A DNA stretch of 63,806 nucleotides, filler included, from Hausera hauseri (lineage: Eukaryota): NCBI GenBank assembly GCA_046269625.1. It is 11 parts of 11 records of this genome, joined end to end, with 100 filler letters (N's around TTAATTAATTAA, not from the genome) between each part and the next. Parts side by side here need not be neighbours in the genome. Positions count along the whole stretch, not along the records: positions 59,196 to 63,806 come from JBJURY010505464.1; 10 more parts are not named here. The stretch is one strand, 5' to 3'. Below, in pieces: positions 60,246 to 63,806 of the stretch. The position numbers and the translations under genes were made by a program. Positions within the stretch are counted from its first letter, which is position 1. The number at the start of each line of letters is the position of its first letter. Under the pieces are notes generated by a model. It did no database searches. It was not told the DNA's origin and was given only the letters and a program-made list of their open reading frames with translations.

Positions 60246-61556
60246 CTTGAACGAGAATGCTTAATGCGGAATCAGACTGCATTTGTTGACATTCTGACAC
60301 CATTTGTTAAATTTCATTATATGTATATATCCAAAACGAGAAAACTTCTAACGAAGATTACATTTATTCAACATTTAACATTTTTTTAAATTCTTAACAT
60401 CAGTAATCAATTTTTTATTTACAAGATCTTTTTTACTAAATGCAGATAAAATCGAACGGAAGTCTAATTCATATCATAATTATCACTGCACCAGTATTGT
60501 TAATTTTTCTCGACTCAGAATAGCATTGAAAAGAAAATTGAAGCACAATTTTTTGAAAGTTAATTTGTAATTTCGATATATCTAAAAATGTCCATAGACA
60601 ATAGGTTGAGCACTTTTCCTTTATTGGTTTCGTTCATAGCCTGAATATGGAAACTAAAATAGATTGTCAAAAATACACTGTCAATTGGATAGAAAGAATT
60701 GTCATTGTATGTTGTAGATATTTTCGTGCGCTGACAATACTTTGTTGAGGATTTGTTTTTAATTTTTTAATTTTTTTGTTTTTAACTTTTGATAAAATTC
60801 AGCACTGTAACAAACGGATCTATGGTTATTCTGCTATATCAATACCCTGAACACTGGAAACAAAACCGAAAATTGAAAGCTTAAACATCGTCTCATTTTC
60901 ATTGGTTAAAATATTATCTGGATTAATATCAGTGTAGAATTTCAGATTTTCGTATCGCAGTTATATGAAGATTAACGTTTCTGCCATTTTTCTTTAACAC
61001 ATTTCTGAGATTCAATGTCTAAAGACTCAACAACAATTCATAAATAATTTTTATGCGTAAAATACTGAAGCAACTTAACACAATGGAATTTTTCGTTTTA
61101 ATCCAAGTCATTCATTTTCTTCAAAAAACCAATTTCCTTCAACCCAGTCCGATACATCATCTTCTCTGTGTCTGCTTCACCTATCCCTTATTATTACAAT
61201 GAACGCGACTTCTCTGTCTATAATTGTCACTGCAATCTCTTGACCTGTAAGAATGTTTTCGACGATTATTATTCTTATGCTTTTTTCGTGACGATGACGA
61301 CTTCGACTTCTGAGTACTAAACGACTAAGATTCACCATAAATCTGTCATAAACCGATTGTTGTCCAGGTAAAGAATGTATACCATTTTGCATAATTGTAT
61401 ACGTGAGAGATTGTCTGATTTGAATGCGATTAAGATCACAACTAATTTCCTTCAATAAACAGTAAATCAATCCGGTTGAATGAACTACTAGCAATAGAAT
61501 TTAAAAGGCATTAGCCGAATTAGACGCAGTTGGATGGTGGAGGCGCCCGAGCCCGC

Positions 61557-63806
61557 GGCACCACACTACTCACCTCCCCGTAGCAGAAGTGAAACAATAG
61601 AAAGAGGTGAAAGAAGTGAAAACGTGGTGCGTCTTTGTATGGACAAGGCGTTGAATTTTGTCGATATTTTGTTCTCTGCTGTATTTGCTGAAAGTGACTG
61701 TCTTGTGTCTATTACCATGTTGTTTGATTGTTTGCTGAGTTGGTTGGTAGGAAGTTAAATTTTGCTTTGCCGTGTCAGCAGCTTGAGAACGAGTCGGTAT
61801 GTCGTTTAGCATGGTTTTTTGTATTGATTCGGGTTTTGAAATAGAATGTTGTCGTGGAGGTAAAACAGAAGAACGACTGAAGGAGTCAAAGAAGGTATGT
61901 GCAGAGTTAGTTGTTGGATCCGGTGTGTCATTAACGAAAAATGCAGGTTTAACGTTAGATATGTGCACATTTTGTTCTTTGTCGTTTTTGAGTATTGTAA
62001 CCGTGTGTGAAGTCAGATTGAGAACTTTATTTGGTCCTAAGTAGTTTGGTTGGAATCCGGAAGGTGAAGGATTTTTTATCCACACGAACTTTGCATTAAA
62101 TATCGAGTCAGGTAAGTATGTTTTATCACCATGTACTATTTTACAGAAAGAATCCTGGCTTAACTGAACGAAGTGGCGTTGTGAAGACCTAATTGTTTCG
62201 TCAGTTGGTATGTTGTCCAAATCGGTGAGTTCAAAAAGTGCAAGAATTTTGGTACCGAAAAGTGCTTCAGCGGGTGCGCATCCGGTCGTAGTAGACGGCG
62301 TATTGCGTCACCCCAGTAAAACAAAAAGAAAGGATGCTTGTCCAATTCTTATGAGTTTCGGCCAGGATTTCTAATGATATCTTGTGAGTTCGATGAAAGC
62401 GTTCCAATAAGCCGTTCGACTGGGGATGATATGGAGTTTTGTGTATGTGGTTTATGTCTAGTCGATTAACTAAAGATTTAAATAGGTTCAATTCCAATTG
62501 GGGACCTTGGTCTGTAATTATATAGCGAGGTGAACCGAACCGGCTAATCCAAATCTTTATGAATGCATCGGCAATCGAGTCTATATTGATGAAGCGTAAA
62601 GGGATGGCTTCAGGCCAACGAGACGCGCGGTCCATCATTGTTAAGATGAATTTGTGGCCGTTATCGGAAGGTAATGGTCCAACGATATCTATGTGAACTG
62701 ACTCAAAGCGAGATGTACATGGGAAATGGAATATTGGTGGTTTAATATATTTAGCTACTTTGAACTTTTGGTAAGCTACGCATTGCCTAACCCAGCTCTG
62801 TACATCAGACCTCATTGATTGCCATGTTACGTGGCGTTTGAGAAGGCGGAATGTAGCCTTGGAACCTGGGTGATGCAAAGAATGAACATGTTGAAATGCA
62901 GTTTGTTGGAGAGGAGGTGCCAAAATTGGCAAATGTCGAAGTATCCATGGCTATTTCATCGGTGATTTGCACGGATTTGTACTGTTTCAGAATTTGGATT
63001 AACTGATCCTTTGAGAATATTGGTGTGACGCTAATTACTCCAACTGACCGTGATAAGAAATCGGCTATTAAATTGCCTGTGCCCGAAAAATGGCGAATTT
63101 TAAAGTTGAATGTTGACAGATGAGATATGGCGTTCTTGTCGCATTGATGGTTGTTTTATGTTCATTACGTGAACGAGGGTTTTGTGGTCCGTTTGAATAG
63201 TGAAGGAACTAGCGGTAAGCAAATACGAAAAATATTTCAGAGCTAAAACAATAGCCAGGAGTTCTCCATCGAAGGTGGAATAACGGCGTTCTTGTAGCTG
63301 CAGCTTGCGTGAAAAGAATTCTAATGGCTCATTTATCCCTTGAGATATTTGATGAAGTACCGCTCCTACTGCTGTAGTTGATGCACCGTTTGTTAAAATT
63401 AGGTCAGCGTCAGGTTTTGGGTAAGCTAAAATTTCGACTGTTTTAAGTTTGTCGCTGAGTTCATCGAACTGGTTAATAAGTTCTGGTGTCCAATATGTGA
63501 GCTTTTTCTTCGGCTCTGCTCCTAGTTGAGCGAAAGGATCAGTTAACTGGCTATAGTGTGGGACGTATTTATGTACAAAATGTAAAGTCCAAAGAAACTG
63601 CGAATGTCAGTAATGGTTTTTGGTAGCTCAATGCCTCGTAGCTAATGGATTCTATCAGGCTGTGGACTGTGACCGTCTGGTGTGATGACGTGGCCAAGGA
63701 AATTGACCTTTTTCTGAAAGAAGGAACACTTAGAAAAGTTCACTTGCAAATTGTAGTTGTGCAAGCTTTGGAAAACTAGTCTGATATGTTCTTCGTGTTG
63801 TTTGGC
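61557..63806 (-). mobile_element. pol: CsRN1-like Gypsy pol 3' half (RT end, RNase H, integrase), PPT 61566-61579, LTR start 61565
   Basis: FLGHVI, YSTFDGELLA, HSLHHPG..C, FESVHIDIVGPLP, ITDQG, YHPQSNGLLERFHRT and YLGP; same family as contig 2. Confidence 0.92.

Noticed and set aside
1-63806. A giant-virus or prokaryotic genome segment
   Set aside because: Dominated by decayed eukaryotic transposons, LINEs, satellite DNA and an RPL6 retrocopy; no operons, rRNA, tRNA genes or NCLDV core genes seen.

Overview
This window is not one locus. It is 11 separate contigs joined by an artificial 100-bp linker (44 N + TTAATTAATTAA + 44 N, which puts stops in all six frames). Linkers start at 4251, 11704, 16376, 20925, 26689, 31530, 40048, 44914, 50310 and 59096. 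The content is animal repeat and endogenous-virus DNA, mostly pseudogenised. An RPL6 retrocopy and a (TTCG)n satellite suggest an invertebrate, possibly lophotrochozoan or molluscan, host (inference). Contigs 1 and 4 hold two degenerate copies of a retroelement-like polyprotein: ubiquitin-like domain, AT-hook, chuvirus-like class III glycoprotein and, in contig 4, a retropepsin downstream of the glycoprotein. Contigs 2 and 11 hold CsRN1-like Ty3/Gypsy elements. Contig 6 holds a complete 1.8-kb pol-less LTR element encoding a Gag-N-terminal paralogue, inserted in a hATm transposon; a homologue of this element sits in tandem upstream of the contig 2 Gypsy. Contig 3 is a satellite. Contig 5 has L1/Tx1 fragments, the RPL6 retrocopy, a hAT relic and a MITE. 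Contig 7 is a Polinton pPolB interrupted by an apparently circularly permuted single-LTR element. Contig 8 has a DEDDh-exonuclease-like relic and an endogenous CRESS-type HUH/SF3 Rep with an orphan ORF. Contig 9 has an intact CR1-group LINE ORF2. Contig 10 is a Polinton/Maverick capsid module (MCP, PM, two pentons, integrase, PW, ATPase) next to an intronless TATA-binding-protein homologue, with TATAAA boxes upstream of many of its genes. Best candidates for an undescribed system: the TBP-encoding Polinton, the envelope-before-protease retroelement, and the helper/satellite Gypsy pair. All family calls come from motif recognition by eye; no searches were run.
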